Positions 1 to 9,502 of a stretch of 64,000 nucleotides of DNA are shown in pieces. Under the pieces are notes generated by a model. That model did not search any database. It was not told the origin of the DNA and saw only the letters and a program-made list of their open reading frames with translations. The stretch's first letter is position 1. Each line of letters starts with the position of its first letter. The position numbers and the translations under genes were made by a program. The stretch comes from an uncultured Oscillospiraceae bacterium (GTDB lineage: Bacteria; Bacillota; Clostridia; Oscillospirales; Ruminococcaceae), in NCBI GenBank assembly GCA_910578255.1, contig CAJTQM010000001.1, positions 27,488 through 91,487 of the forward strand, written 5' to 3'.

Positions 1-34
1 GACATTTGAGCGGCCTCGAATAAACAAGACTTTC

Positions 35-1339
35 CTATTCGCCTAAAACATAGGGCACCGTACTGCCGCCGTGGGGCATGACGATCACGTCTTTCCCGGT
101 AAAATCCACTTGGGAAAGAAGTGCCGCCGGATCGGTATAGCCCTCGATGCCCATATCCTTTAGGGTTTCGGGGGAAAGCTCGGTGAGCATCAGCACCCGG
201 CCCTTTCGGATGGTTTCGCAGCCGGCGTAGAAGATATAGCCCGCGATGGTAAAGCCCGCCCGCAGGTCCGCGTCCAGCGAATCGGTTTTTAAAGAACGGC
301 TCCAGTCAAAAAAGTCCGGCGCGCCGCCGCCGTCCTGGCATTGGGCCAGAAAAATCATGGTCCCGCCGGGCTTTACCGCCTGCCCCATATTCAAAAGGGT
401 CTTGATGCCCTGGTAGAGGTTGATATCTTTGGGGTACCCACCGCAGCTGGCGATGACGATATCCGCCTTTTCCCGGATGGGAACGCCGGCGACCTCTTGA
501 ACGATCCGGCAGCTTTCCTCCCAGGCCTTCAGCCAGTGGCCGCAGACCAGCCGGCACTGGCGTCCGTCCTTGTTCATGACGATGTTGATCCCGAAGACCG
601 GATTCACCATCGCCGCCGCCTCCACCATGTCCAGATGGACCGGGTTATCTTCCAGCTTTCCCATGCCGATGCGGCCGGAGGATTGGGGCTTTTGGGGGTC
701 CAGGCACATCATGTGGTTGTGAAGAATGGTTTCCTTGCCGCTGATGCCGGGCAGAATGCTCTTTCGGCCGCCGCCGTACCCGGACATAAGGTGGTGGACC
801 GTGGCGCCGATGGTGATCACCTTGCGGTCCCCCGCCAGGGGGTTCACCCAAACCGGGGTGCCGAAGCTGGTTTTCCCCAGAAAGACAAGTTCCCCTTCGC
901 AGTCGTGGCAGACCACCTGTACCTTTTCGTAGACTTCTTGAGACGCGATTTTTTTCAGTTCCTCCTGGCTTTGCCCCCGGTGGGTACCCAGTGCCACCAG
1001 CACCGCCATATTTTCATAAGGAACGCCGCAGCTTTGATGCAGAAAGTCCACAAGTTCCCGGCAGACCAGATCCTGCCGGGACCAAAAACGGGTAATGTCG
1101 CTGATGACGATGGTCACCCGGTCATCCTTTCCCACCAGCCGGTCCAGCGGCTCGCTGCCCACCGGACGGACCACCGCCTCGCGATAAAAGGCCGCCTTGA
1201 TGTCCGCAATCGCCGGCCGGTCCGCCGGTTCTAAATAGGTCACCGATTTGGCACCGTCAAAGGCCGCCTCCACCCGAGTCTGGCCGTAATCCAGCAAAAT
1301 TCTTTCCAAATCATCCGCCCCGCTTTCCCAAAAATCCAA
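35..1339 (-). CDS. LarA-like nickel-dependent lactate racemase family protein (DUF2088)
   Basis: 434-aa ORF. The motif HHLMSGYGGGRKSILPG matches the LarA-family H-x-GfsGGrKsilPG core. Length is typical of LarA homologues. Confidence 0.7.
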   Translation of the reverse strand: MDFWESGADDLERILLDYGQTRVEAAFDGAKSVTYLEPADRPAIADIKAAFYREAVVRPVGSEPLDRLVGKDDRVTIVISDITRFWSRQDLVCRELVDFLHQSCGVPYENMAVLVALGTHRGQSQEELKKIASQEVYEKVQVVCHDCEGELVFLGKTSFGTPVWVNPLAGDRKVITIGATVHHLMSGYGGGRKSILPGISGKETILHNHMMCLDPQKPQSSGRIGMGKLEDNPVHLDMVEAAAMVNPVFGINIVMNKDGRQCRLVCGHWLKAWEESCRIVQEVAGVPIREKADIVIASCGGYPKDINLYQGIKTLLNMGQAVKPGGTMIFLAQCQDGGGAPDFFDWSRSLKTDSLDADLRAGFTIAGYIFYAGCETIRKGRVLMLTELSPETLKDMGIEGYTDPAALLSQVDFTGKDVIVMPHGGSTVPYVLGE

Positions 1340-1434
1340 TTTCCCGAATCTGCCGGGATTCTATGTTTTTCTATGATACGCTTCTTTTTTTTCGCTGTCA
1401 ATTGTGCTATACTCCTTGCAAAGGAGGAGTCGTT

Positions 1435-1734
1435 ATGTTTAAGCATCTGGTATTGTGGAAGTTTTCCCCCGAGATCCCCCGGGAAGAGTGGGGCGGACTG
1501 GTGGAAAAACTCAACCGGCAGTTCGGCGATATGGTCGGGCAGGTGCCGGGCCTTTTAAAAGCGGAAACCGGCCTGAATCTCGCGCCGGACGGGGATCATC
1601 ACATGGTCCTTTACACGGAATTCGTAAGCCGGGAAGCGATGGAGGCTTACCAGACCCATCCGCTGCATCTGGCGGTAAAGGAGAAGATGAAGGATGCGGT
1701 TGCCGGCCGTGAGGTCTTAGACTACTGGATTTGA
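1435..1734 (+). CDS. Dabb (stress-responsive A/B barrel) family protein
   Basis: Start moved to the internal ATG at 1435, which follows AAGGAGGA. The ~99-aa product begins MFKHLVLWKF and has the typical Dabb size and N-terminus. Confidence 0.7.
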   Translation: MFKHLVLWKFSPEIPREEWGGLVEKLNRQFGDMVGQVPGLLKAETGLNLAPDGDHHMVLYTEFVSREAMEAYQTHPLHLAVKEKMKDAVAGREVLDYWI

Positions 1735-1788
1735 TTTTTCGTATCGCCGCTTTTTTGCAGTTTCTTAACATTTTTGCCCCCGACCTTA

Positions 1789-1797
1789 TGCTATACT
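1789..1797 (+). promoter_or_regulatory. Extended -10 element (TGcTATACT) upstream of the DUF1538/P-II-like operon
   Basis: TGCTATACT lies ~140 nt upstream of the TTG start. There is no good -35. Confidence 0.4.
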
Positions 1798-1936
1798 GGT
1801 AAAGGAAAGCATTTGATTTGTCCGGGGCCGCCATCCTCTCTCGCTCCGGCCGCGCCTTTTGGGCGGGTGTACAGGTCCTTATGCTTACAGGGGAGTTTTC
1901 CCGGCTATCTGGACATTAGGAGGGGCGTGGTACAAA

Positions 1937-3466
1937 TTGAATAAGAAACTCAAGGAAAAAATTTACGAATCTCTTTCGTCGGTGATTCCCATTACGCTGA
2001 TCGTTCTGGCCCTGAGCACAACGGTGGCGCCGATGCCGCTGGAAACGATGATGCTTTTTCTCACCGGCGCGGTGCTTTTGGTAGTGGGCATGGGCTTTTT
2101 TTCACTGGGGGCGGATATGGCGATGATGCCCATCGGTCAGCAGGCAGGCGAGCATCTGACCCGTACAAAAAAGCTGTGGCTGATTGTGATCGCCTGCTTT
2201 GTGGTGGGGATTGTGGTGACCATTGCGGAGCCGGATCTTCAGGTTTTGGCCCGGCAGACCCCCGCGGTACCGGACATGGTGCTGATTTTGACGGTGGCGG
2301 CAGGGGTGGGCCTGTTTCTGGTCCTGGCCTTTCTGCGGATTTTGTTTTGCTGGAAGCTTTCGTATCTTCTGCTTTTTTTCTACGCCGTGGTTTTCCTTTT
2401 GGCGTTTTTTGTGCCGGATTCTTTCTTGGCCGTCGCCTTTGATTCCGGCGGCGTGACCACCGGCCCGATTACGGTGCCGTTTATCATGGCGCTGGGCCTG
2501 GGCCTTACATCGGTGCGAAGCGACAAAGACGCCCAGGACGACAGCTTTGGTCTGGTTGCCCTGTGCTCCATCGGGCCGATTCTGTCGGTGCTGATTCTGG
2601 GCTTTTTGTACAACCCCTCCGGCTCCAGCTATACGCCGCTGCAAATTCCGGCAATCGGGAGTACCAAGGAGTTGTTTTTGGAATTCGGCCGGGCCCTTCC
2701 CAGCTACGCCAAAGAGGTGGTGCTGGCGCTGACGCCGATTCTTTTACTGTTTTTGCTGTTGCGGGTCTTTTTCCTCAAGCTGCGCCGCCGCCAGCTGATC
2801 AAAATCCTCATCGGCATTCTTTACACCTTTGTGGGGCTGACGCTGTTTCTGACCGGGGTCAACGTGGGCTTTATGCCCGCCGGCAATTCCCTGGGCGGGG
2901 AGATCGCCGGACTTTCTTACCGCTGGATCTTGATCCCGCTGGCAATGGTTGTAGGTTACTACATTGTCAAGGCCGAACCGGCGGTGCTGGTATTAAATAA
3001 GCAGGTGGAGAACATCACCGGCGGCGCCATCTCTCAGCGGGCCATGATGACGGCTTTATCCATCGGCATGGCGGTTTCTCTGGGCCTTTCCATGACGCGG
3101 GTGCTTACCGGCCTTTCGGTGCTGTGGTTTCTGCTTCCCGGCTATGGACTGGCGTTGGGGCTTTCCTTCGTCACGCCGCATATTTTTACCGCCATCGCCT
3201 TTGACTCCGGCGGCGTGGCCTCCGGACCCATGACCGCCACCTTTTTGTTGCCCTTTGCCATGGGCGCCTGCGACGCGGTGGGCGGCAATATTTTAACCGA
3301 CGCATTTGGCATCGTGGCCATGGTGGCCATGACGCCCCTGATTACCATCCAGCTTTTAGGACTTTTGTACCGGCTGAAAACCCGCGGCGTCCCCGAAGAG
3401 AAGACGCAAAAACCCGTCGAGGACGAGATCATTGATTTTCACCAGGAGGAAGCGGAAAATGTCTGA
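1937..3466 (+). CDS. DUF1538 family membrane protein
   Basis: Polytopic membrane ORF with the duplicated motif FDSGGV(T/A)(T/S)GP(I/M)T characteristic of DUF1538. TTG at 1937 follows AGGAGG. The upstream part of the ORF is non-hydrophobic and probably untranslated. Confidence 0.7.
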   Translation: MNKKLKEKIYESLSSVIPITLIVLALSTTVAPMPLETMMLFLTGAVLLVVGMGFFSLGADMAMMPIGQQAGEHLTRTKKLWLIVIACFVVGIVVTIAEPDLQVLARQTPAVPDMVLILTVAAGVGLFLVLAFLRILFCWKLSYLLLFFYAVVFLLAFFVPDSFLAVAFDSGGVTTGPITVPFIMALGLGLTSVRSDKDAQDDSFGLVALCSIGPILSVLILGFLYNPSGSSYTPLQIPAIGSTKELFLEFGRALPSYAKEVVLALTPILLLFLLLRVFFLKLRRRQLIKILIGILYTFVGLTLFLTGVNVGFMPAGNSLGGEIAGLSYRWILIPLAMVVGYYIVKAEPAVLVLNKQVENITGGAISQRAMMTALSIGMAVSLGLSMTRVLTGLSVLWFLLPGYGLALGLSFVTPHIFTAIAFDSGGVASGPMTATFLLPFAMGACDAVGGNILTDAFGIVAMVAMTPLITIQLLGLLYRLKTRGVPEEKTQKPVEDEIIDFHQEEAENV

Positions 3467-4202
3467 ACAGAAAATGGGCCAATTCCCGGTAAAATGGCTC
3501 GTTACCATTGTGGACCGGGGCAAAGGGGAGGCGGCGGTGGAAACGCTGAACCAAATCCATAAAAGCATCCATATGATCAGCCTTGGAAAGGGCACCGCCA
3601 GTTCAGAGGTAATGGACTATCTGGGCCTGGACGAGCCGGAGAAGGATATTGTCATGAGCCTGATCCCCCAATCGCTGGAAAAAAGGTTTTTGTGGGCGCT
3701 GGGGGAACGTCTGTCCCTTTCGGCCCCCGGCAAGGGGATTGCGTTTACCCTTTCTTTAGACAGCATCAGCGCGGCCGTAAGCCGCCATGCCGACCCGCAA
3801 AACAGCGTACAAACCATGATGCAGAAGGAGGCTGTACCCGCCATGCCGGAAAATAGACAATTCGCCTTAATTGCCGCCGTTATCCCCCATGGGGAATCGG
3901 ACCTGGTTGTAGATGCAACTCGAGCGGCAGGCGCCCGGGGCGGGACGATGGTCCGCGCCCGCGCGGCAGGTGCCGAAGAGGCCAGCCGTTTTTTTCATAT
4001 TACCATCCAGCCGGAAAAAGAGGTGGTTTTCACCATCGTCCCGTTGTCGATGAAGAAAACGGTCATGCAGTCCATCTGCAGCCGGATCCTGGAAAAAAGC
4101 GGTGAGCACGCAATTGTATTTTCTCTGCCGGTAGATGAGGCTTTGGGTCTTCGAATGCCCGATCCGGCGAAGGAACCGGAGGAACCCGGCATTCCTTCTT
4201 AA
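3459..4202 (+). CDS. P-II-like signalling protein with two tandem P-II-like halves
   Basis: ATG at 3459 follows AGGAGGA and overlaps the stop of the DUF1538 gene by 8 nt. It has two ~100-aa halves with a P-II-like pattern (second half AAGARGGTMVRARAAG). DUF1538 plus P-II-like is a recurrent gene pair. Confidence 0.6.
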   Translation: MSEQKMGQFPVKWLVTIVDRGKGEAAVETLNQIHKSIHMISLGKGTASSEVMDYLGLDEPEKDIVMSLIPQSLEKRFLWALGERLSLSAPGKGIAFTLSLDSISAAVSRHADPQNSVQTMMQKEAVPAMPENRQFALIAAVIPHGESDLVVDATRAAGARGGTMVRARAAGAEEASRFFHITIQPEKEVVFTIVPLSMKKTVMQSICSRILEKSGEHAIVFSLPVDEALGLRMPDPAKEPEEPGIPS

Positions 4203-4220
4203 AACGCGGGGTTTTACCCT

Positions 4221-4260
4221 GGGCGCCTGTCCTTTTATGCGCAAAAGGGACAGGCGCCCC
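4221..4260 (+). terminator. Hairpin terminator after the P-II-like gene
   Basis: GGGCGCCTGTCCTTTT / AAAAGGGACAGGCGCCC stem with one bulge, followed by a short T run. Confidence 0.6.
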
Positions 4261-4423
4261 TTTATGCGCTGAATTCTAGATAAAAACGGCTCCTTTTTTT
4301 CACTGTGCAGAAAAGTACTGTTAAGTTTGTATAAATTCGCTATAGGAAATTTTGTCAGTTTTTGTTACAATATCAGGCAGTGGTGTTCTTTCCACTAGGA
4401 ATTTTTGAAGAAGGAGAAAAAGA

Positions 4424-5845
4424 ATGGAGAAATTTTTTAAGCTGAAGGAAAACGGTACGAATGTCAAGACCGAGCTCCTGGCCGGCCTGACCACATTCAT
4501 GACGATGGCCTATATCATCGCCCTAAACCCCAATCTGCTTACCGGCTTTGACGTTGGCAGTCAGCTGTGGAACGGCGTGTTTCTGGCCACCTGTATCGCC
4601 TCGGCCGTGGCGATGTTCGTCATGGCGTTTCTGGCCAATAAGCCTTTTGCGCTGGCGCCCGGCATGGGGCTCAACAGCTTCTTTGCGATTGTGGTCGCCA
4701 ACATCGCGGGGCTTGCCGGGGTTTCCTACCTGCAATCCTTCCAGGCGGCGTTGTGCATTATTCTTATTGAGGGAATTCTTTTCCTGATCCTGTCGCTGTT
4801 AAACATCCGCGAAAAGATTGTGGATTCGATCCCCCTGGGCGTGCGGATGGGGATTGCCCCTGGTATTGGGCTGATGCTGATGAATATCGGCTTAGGCTCT
4901 AACGTGGGCATCTACTCGGCGGACGGCGGCCCGTTTTATGTGATGCGCGACTTTTTCGGCGCGTTGACCCCCTCGGTCATCAAGGGCAGCATGGGCGACG
5001 CTTACCCCGAAATGGTCCTGACCGTCGTGACTATGTTTGTCGGGCTGTTTGCCATCTGCGTTCTGGCAAAGCTGGGCGTGAAAGGCGCGGTGCTTTTGGG
5101 GATGCTCGTTTCCTGCGTGATCTATTGGGCGGGAGAGGCGATCTTTTTGGGCAACAACCCGTTTGCCTCGCTGGCGAGCGCTTCTTTTGTGCCGCCTTTC
5201 GCCGACATGGCCGCAACCACCCTGTTTAAATTTGATTTTGCCACCTTCTTTTCCATCGGCTGGTTTACGGTGATCACCCTGATCATTACCTTCTGCATGA
5301 TCGACATGTTTGATACCATCGGCACCTTTGTGGGAACCGCTTCCCGCGCGGGTATGCTGGACAAAGAAGGGAAAATGCCCAAGATGAAAGAGGCGCTGAT
5401 TGCCGATGCCGTTGGGACCATCGCCGGCGCCGCCACCGGCACCTCGACGGTTACCACCTTTGTGGAATCGGCCTCCGGCGTTGAGGCGGGTGGACGCACC
5501 GGTCTGACCGCGCTGACCACCGGCGTGCTCTTTTTAGCCTGCATGTTTATCGCGCCGATTGCCGCGATTATCCCCGCCGCCGCTACCTCTGCCGCGTTGA
5601 TCTACGTGGGCGTTTTGATGCTCGGCGGACTGAAAAATGTACATTTTGACGATATGACCGAAATTGTCCCCGTTGCGCTGATGCTGATTTCCATGCCGAT
5701 CTCCGGCTCTATCGGCCACGGCATCGGTCTGGGCCTGATTGCCTATACGGTCATTAAGGTCTTCACCGGAAAAGCCAAGGATGTGTCGGTTGTAACCTAT
5801 ATTATTTCCGCTTTGTTCCTGGTGAAATTTTTCCTGGTCGTGTAA
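4424..5845 (+). CDS. NCS2 family permease (adenine/guanine/hypoxanthine, AzgA/PbuG type)
   Basis: The N-terminus MEKFFKLKENGTNVKTELLAGLTTFMTMAYIIALNP is the canonical AzgA-type start. The 473-aa product is polytopic. RBS is GAAGGAG. Confidence 0.85.
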   Translation: MEKFFKLKENGTNVKTELLAGLTTFMTMAYIIALNPNLLTGFDVGSQLWNGVFLATCIASAVAMFVMAFLANKPFALAPGMGLNSFFAIVVANIAGLAGVSYLQSFQAALCIILIEGILFLILSLLNIREKIVDSIPLGVRMGIAPGIGLMLMNIGLGSNVGIYSADGGPFYVMRDFFGALTPSVIKGSMGDAYPEMVLTVVTMFVGLFAICVLAKLGVKGAVLLGMLVSCVIYWAGEAIFLGNNPFASLASASFVPPFADMAATTLFKFDFATFFSIGWFTVITLIITFCMIDMFDTIGTFVGTASRAGMLDKEGKMPKMKEALIADAVGTIAGAATGTSTVTTFVESASGVEAGGRTGLTALTTGVLFLACMFIAPIAAIIPAAATSAALIYVGVLMLGGLKNVHFDDMTEIVPVALMLISMPISGSIGHGIGLGLIAYTVIKVFTGKAKDVSVVTYIISALFLVKFFLVV

Positions 5846-5860
5846 AAAAACATAAAATGA

Positions 5861-5895
5861 AACCAGCCGTCTTTTTGGGGCGGCTGGTTTTTTTG
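5861..5895. terminator. Terminator between convergent genes
   Basis: AACCAGCCG ... CGGCTGGTT stem followed by TTTTTTT. Confidence 0.7.
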
Positions 5896-5934
5896 TGGAC
5901 AAAAAAGCCTTTTTGGCAAAACAAAGGAACGAGG

Positions 5935-6267
5935 CTATCCCCTCAGATTTTTTAAAGCGTCGGGATGATTTGAGAAAATCGTTTCGACCGTCCGGCATTT
6001 TTTAAGATCCGGACAGCTGCCGCAGCTTGCCACAGCCTTTTTTAACGCGCACCGGCGAATTTCACAAAGATGGTCGCAATACACCGTTTTAACCCCACCG
6101 GTACGGCATCCTTCGCAGTTGATATGTTCGGGCAGGATCGGCGCGTTGTTTAACGCGGCCCATTGCTTGGCGGTTTTCTCACGCAGCGCCTGGTCGTTGT
6201 TGACGGTTGCAAGATATGCGTCACATTTTTCGCAGTCCAGTCCGCAATAACCGATCATATCCTTCAT
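5935..6267 (-). CDS. DUF3795 domain Cys-rich protein
   Basis: 110 aa with GLDCEKCDAY, CEGCR and CGSCPDLKKC cysteine clusters typical of DUF3795. It starts 4 nt after the WYL regulator stop, so the two are probably one operon. Confidence 0.65.
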   Translation of the reverse strand: MKDMIGYCGLDCEKCDAYLATVNNDQALREKTAKQWAALNNAPILPEHINCEGCRTGGVKTVYCDHLCEIRRCALKKAVASCGSCPDLKKCRTVETIFSNHPDALKNLRG

Positions 6268-6271
6268 GGTT

Positions 6272-7288
6272 TTATACCCCCTTAAAAAATCCGATTGGGT
6301 TGTCGGGCTGATTGTAAAGCGGCAGCGCTTTTTGCAGCTGTTTTTCCATGCCGCGCACCGCCGTTTCCGGCGACAGGATCCGCACCCCGTCTCCCAGAGC
6401 GAAAATCCACCCGTAAAATTGGGGGCTCAGCACCACCCGGGTATAGATTTCGAAGGTTTCGTCCTCTTTGGGAAAAACGGTGACATCCTTGCCGAATCGG
6501 TCCATCGCTACGCCGATGAGCCGGTTTTGAAAGCGCAGCTGGACCAGTTCTTCCTCTCCGCCGAACATGGAAAAAACCTTGCGGGTGTAATCGGCCGTAT
6601 CCAGCTGCCGAAACTGCTCGCCGCCTTCCCGGGGAAGCGCCAGAAGGGAGATATCGCTCATTTTGTCTACCCGGTAATGCTTTAAAATGCCCGCCTGAGA
6701 ATCAAAACCCAGCATATAGTAGTTTTCGTCTTCCCAGGCCAGGGCAAAGGGGCTGATCCGGTATTGGGCTCCGTCGTGCCGGAAGCGGCGCTTTTTTTCT
6801 ACGGTGTATTCAAAATAGCGAAAGCCGATCTGCCGGTTTTGGCCGATTGCCGCGTGAATCTGGTCGATGTTGTAATAAACGCTTTCGTTCATTGTCTTGA
6901 CCCGTCCTGCCACGAAAACCTGACGCTGCAGCTGCTGCGCCTGGTAGACGCTGGTGAGGCTTTCCAGCTTTTTTATTAACTCCATAGATTTTTTGTAGGT
7001 GATAAATTTCGACGCCTGCACACTGTCCACCAAAAGCTTCAACTCCGCCAGCTGGAACAGGCGGTTTGGCACATGGTAGCCTTTGCCTCTGACAAACTCC
7101 ACGTCCAGCCCCATTTGGCGAAGATGGGCCAGATCGTTATAAAGGCTTTTTCGTTCGCCGTCCAGCCCCTGCTGGGCCAGCAGCTGGGAAAGCTGGACCT
7201 GGCTGAGGTAGTGGTTTTCGTCGGTCTGTTTCAGCAAAAGCTGCGCCAGGTAGAGAATCCTTCTTTTCTGGTTGGACGATTTTGGCAT
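6272..7288 (-). CDS. HTH plus WYL domain transcriptional regulator
   Basis: 338 aa with an N-terminal winged HTH (RRILYLAQLLLKQTDENHYLSQVQLSQLL) and a central WYL-type region (YYMLGFD, HYRVDKM). Confidence 0.75.
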   Translation of the reverse strand: MPKSSNQKRRILYLAQLLLKQTDENHYLSQVQLSQLLAQQGLDGERKSLYNDLAHLRQMGLDVEFVRGKGYHVPNRLFQLAELKLLVDSVQASKFITYKKSMELIKKLESLTSVYQAQQLQRQVFVAGRVKTMNESVYYNIDQIHAAIGQNRQIGFRYFEYTVEKKRRFRHDGAQYRISPFALAWEDENYYMLGFDSQAGILKHYRVDKMSDISLLALPREGGEQFRQLDTADYTRKVFSMFGGEEELVQLRFQNRLIGVAMDRFGKDVTVFPKEDETFEIYTRVVLSPQFYGWIFALGDGVRILSPETAVRGMEKQLQKALPLYNQPDNPIGFFKGV

Positions 7289-7321
7289 TCGGGCGCCTTC
7301 CTTCTTTTTGTTGTACCGGAT

Positions 7322-8257
7322 TTACCGGTTTTTGCCGCTTTCTTTTTTTGCGGCCAACCTTTCCCGTACCCGCTTTAACATCTCGTCATACCGCTCGGAC
7401 CGGGCGTTGGGGAAAGCCTTGAGCAGACGAACCGGCATTTTTTCCTGCATGATTTTTTCGTATTCCAAAGAAAGCTGGGACAGCCGGGCTTTCTTCTCTT
7501 CGAGCGACTCGAAAAGGGCCTGTTTTCTCTGTTCGGCGTTTTGGACAAGTTCCTCCCCTTTGCTCTCAAGCCGGTCGCGCAACGCTTCCCGCCGCTGCTG
7601 GGCCTGCTCCTTCCACTGGGCGGAGGATTCCTTCACCTTTTCGCCGGTCTGGGCCAGCTTTAAGGCGCTTTGAGCCAGGCCGCCGCCGATCTCCTCCGAA
7701 AGCTGGAACATTAAGCCGCTGACCTCATCCAGCCTTTTCAGGCGGCGGTTCAGCTTCAGGATATTGGCTACCGTCACATAGAAATCGCACGCGAAGCACA
7801 AAAGGCAGACGCCGACCACAATCTCCCCGGCCAGAAGCGGGATCCAGCGGACAAACCGCACAATCGGCGGATGGATCAGATCCATCACCAGCACGCAGCC
7901 AAAGCCCCAGAGAATGGAAAAACGCAGGCAGATGTAGCCGCCCAGATTAAACGGCTGGTCGGAATAGTCCCACCAGCTGGTGTGAAACACTTTTTTGAGT
8001 ATGTATCCGGTGATCCCCTCCAGCACGCTGGTTAAAATCATCGATCCCACAAACAGAAAAAACCAGTTTTCCTGAAGGGGGGTTAGGCAAAACACGACGA
8101 TCACCATACCAAAACCATAGATGGGGCAGACCGGACCTTTTAAAAATCCCCGGTTGACAAAATGGCCGGTGCTAAGGGTGTTAAAGATTACCTCGGCGCA
8201 CCAGCCCAAAAAGGCGTAGATGACAAAAAACGCCAGATATTCGTAAAAAGAATACAT
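7322..8257 (-). CDS. Putative ABC-transporter type IV (PF06541-like) membrane protein with a C-terminal coiled coil
   Basis: The N-terminus FFVIYAFLGWCAEVIF...GPVCPIYGFG is typical of PF06541. The C-terminal ~130 aa are charged heptad-like sequence. Confidence 0.6.
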   Translation of the reverse strand: MYSFYEYLAFFVIYAFLGWCAEVIFNTLSTGHFVNRGFLKGPVCPIYGFGMVIVVFCLTPLQENWFFLFVGSMILTSVLEGITGYILKKVFHTSWWDYSDQPFNLGGYICLRFSILWGFGCVLVMDLIHPPIVRFVRWIPLLAGEIVVGVCLLCFACDFYVTVANILKLNRRLKRLDEVSGLMFQLSEEIGGGLAQSALKLAQTGEKVKESSAQWKEQAQQRREALRDRLESKGEELVQNAEQRKQALFESLEEKKARLSQLSLEYEKIMQEKMPVRLLKAFPNARSERYDEMLKRVRERLAAKKESGKNR

Positions 8258-8362
8258 AAAACTCCCTCTTTTTTATGGAATGCCCTTATTATAATGCACA
8301 TTTAAAAGGACTGCAAGGGCTTTTGGCAGAAGGCAAAAAATGATCTCCGCCAGCCGGGGAAG

Positions 8363-8407
8363 AAACAGGCGGCACGGATCCAAAATGGTCCGCGCCGCCT
8401 GTTTTTG
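8363..8407. terminator. Long hairpin downstream of the ECF S-component gene
   Basis: AAACAGGCGGCACGGA ... TCCGCGCCGCCTGTTT stem. Confidence 0.5.
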
Positions 8408-8444
8408 TTGCTGTTACAGCATTTTTACCATGCGAAAAAGTCCG

Positions 8445-8978
8445 TTATTTTTGGGGGATCAGCTTGGCTTTTTGCAGTACGATCACCACAACCGGAACCA
8501 GCACCAGCTGCAAAATAATGCCGGGGATGGCGCTTAACACGGCGCCGGATAAAAAGGCCGCCCAGGTAAAGGCACCGCCGTTTACGCCAAGGCAGATCAT
8601 CATGGCGATTCCCCAGACAACGCGGCCGCCGATCATGGCGATCAGCAGGTCGGCGTAAAGGAAAAGCGGCTTTTTCGGCAGCTTTTTGTAGCAGATACCG
8701 GTAATCGCGCCGTAGGCCGCCAACTCAAAGGCCATGGCCACCGCGGTGGGGAAAATCGGGGGCATCCCCAATGTCAGAGAGCGAAGCAGCGGCGCTACCA
8801 ATCCCACACTCAGGCCGTAGGGCCATCCGCAGACAAAGCCGCACAGCAGCACCGGCAGATGCATCGGCAAAAGCATGCTGCCGATCTCCGGGATCTGGCC
8901 GGTCAAAAAGGGCAAAAGATAGCAAAGGGCCAGAAACAGCGCTGCCAGAATCATTTTTTTGGTGGACTGATTTTTCAT
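8445..8978 (-). CDS. ECF transporter S component (substrate unknown)
   Basis: Start moved to the ATG at 8978, which follows AGGAGGG. The ~177-aa six-TM protein has a PMHLPVLLCGF..GP..G..VG motif typical of PF12822 S components. Confidence 0.7.
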   Translation of the reverse strand: MKNQSTKKMILAALFLALCYLLPFLTGQIPEIGSMLLPMHLPVLLCGFVCGWPYGLSVGLVAPLLRSLTLGMPPIFPTAVAMAFELAAYGAITGICYKKLPKKPLFLYADLLIAMIGGRVVWGIAMMICLGVNGGAFTWAAFLSGAVLSAIPGIILQLVLVPVVVIVLQKAKLIPQK

Positions 8979-9082
8979 ATGTACCCTCCTTCTGGAAACG
9001 ACAAAGCAATGGCCGGGATCTGCCCGGCCAGGGTGAAACCGACAAAGAGAAGGGGGAACCGGAAAGGTTCTCCCCAAAGCCA

Positions 9083-9286
9083 TTACGCTTGCTCGGACAG
9101 ATATTCGTTGATTTTTTGGACCAGCTCGTCCACATCCGCGCCGTGAACCGCACAGGCCTCCTCCAGACTCTCCATCGCGGAGGCCGGGCAGCCGACGCAG
9201 TGCATCCCCATTTCAAACAGGAAGCGGGCGGTGTTTTGATCGTTTGCCAGCAAATCGCCGATCAGGGTGTTTTTTGTTACGGTCAT
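9083..9286 (-). CDS. DUF1858 / hybrid-cluster-protein-associated redox disulfide protein
   Basis: 67 aa with MGMHCVGCPAS, the signature CxxC of this small family. Strong RBS AGGAGGAG. Confidence 0.75.
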   Translation of the reverse strand: MTVTKNTLIGDLLANDQNTARFLFEMGMHCVGCPASAMESLEEACAVHGADVDELVQKINEYLSEQA

Positions 9287-9424
9287 CGAAAACTCCTCCT
9301 AACTGATTGATGATAAAATTATACCCGTTTTGCCGCCGTTTAGCAATACCGGCGGTTTTGCCGCTCTTTTCGGGGAGAGAAAGGGCGGACAATACGTTGT
9401 CCTCGCCTTGCCAGACCGGTGGAA

Positions 9425-9502
9425 ATGTGATAGAATAACCACAGAAGCGGCTATTGTACCGAATTTCTGTGGCCGCTTTATGGGTATGGCCGATTCCGCC
9501 AT
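9425..9502 (+). repeat. Structured interspersed repeat, copy 4 (most diverged)
   Basis: ATGTGATAGAATAACCACAGAAGCGGCTATTGTACCGAATTTCTGTGGCCGCTTTATGGGTATGGCCGATTCCGCCAT aligns end to end with copies 1-3. Confidence 0.7.

Noticed and set aside
341-1234. Long antisense or alternative-frame ORFs inside strong genes (for example 341-1234, 14622-15521, 20745-21692, 36146-37147, 37552-38604, 48672-49802, 54693-55763, 55373-56458, 62291-63271)
   Set aside because: Their composition is Arg/Pro/Gly/Ala-rich and they have no RBS. Each fully overlaps a gene with clear family motifs on the other strand or frame. These are typical high-GC shadow ORFs.
4261-4423. Possible purine riboswitch upstream of the NCS2 purine permease
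   Set aside because: I looked for the conserved purine-riboswitch loops (UAUAAU...AUAUGG...CCGUAAA-type junction) and found nothing resembling them. The region is simply AT-rich promoter-like DNA.
8979-9082. Possible preQ1 or other small riboswitch in front of the ECF S-component gene
   Set aside because: Two hairpins are present. The first, followed by a T-rich run, reads as the terminator of the upstream DUF1858 gene. No preQ1-I/II, THI-box or FMN core sequence is recognisable.
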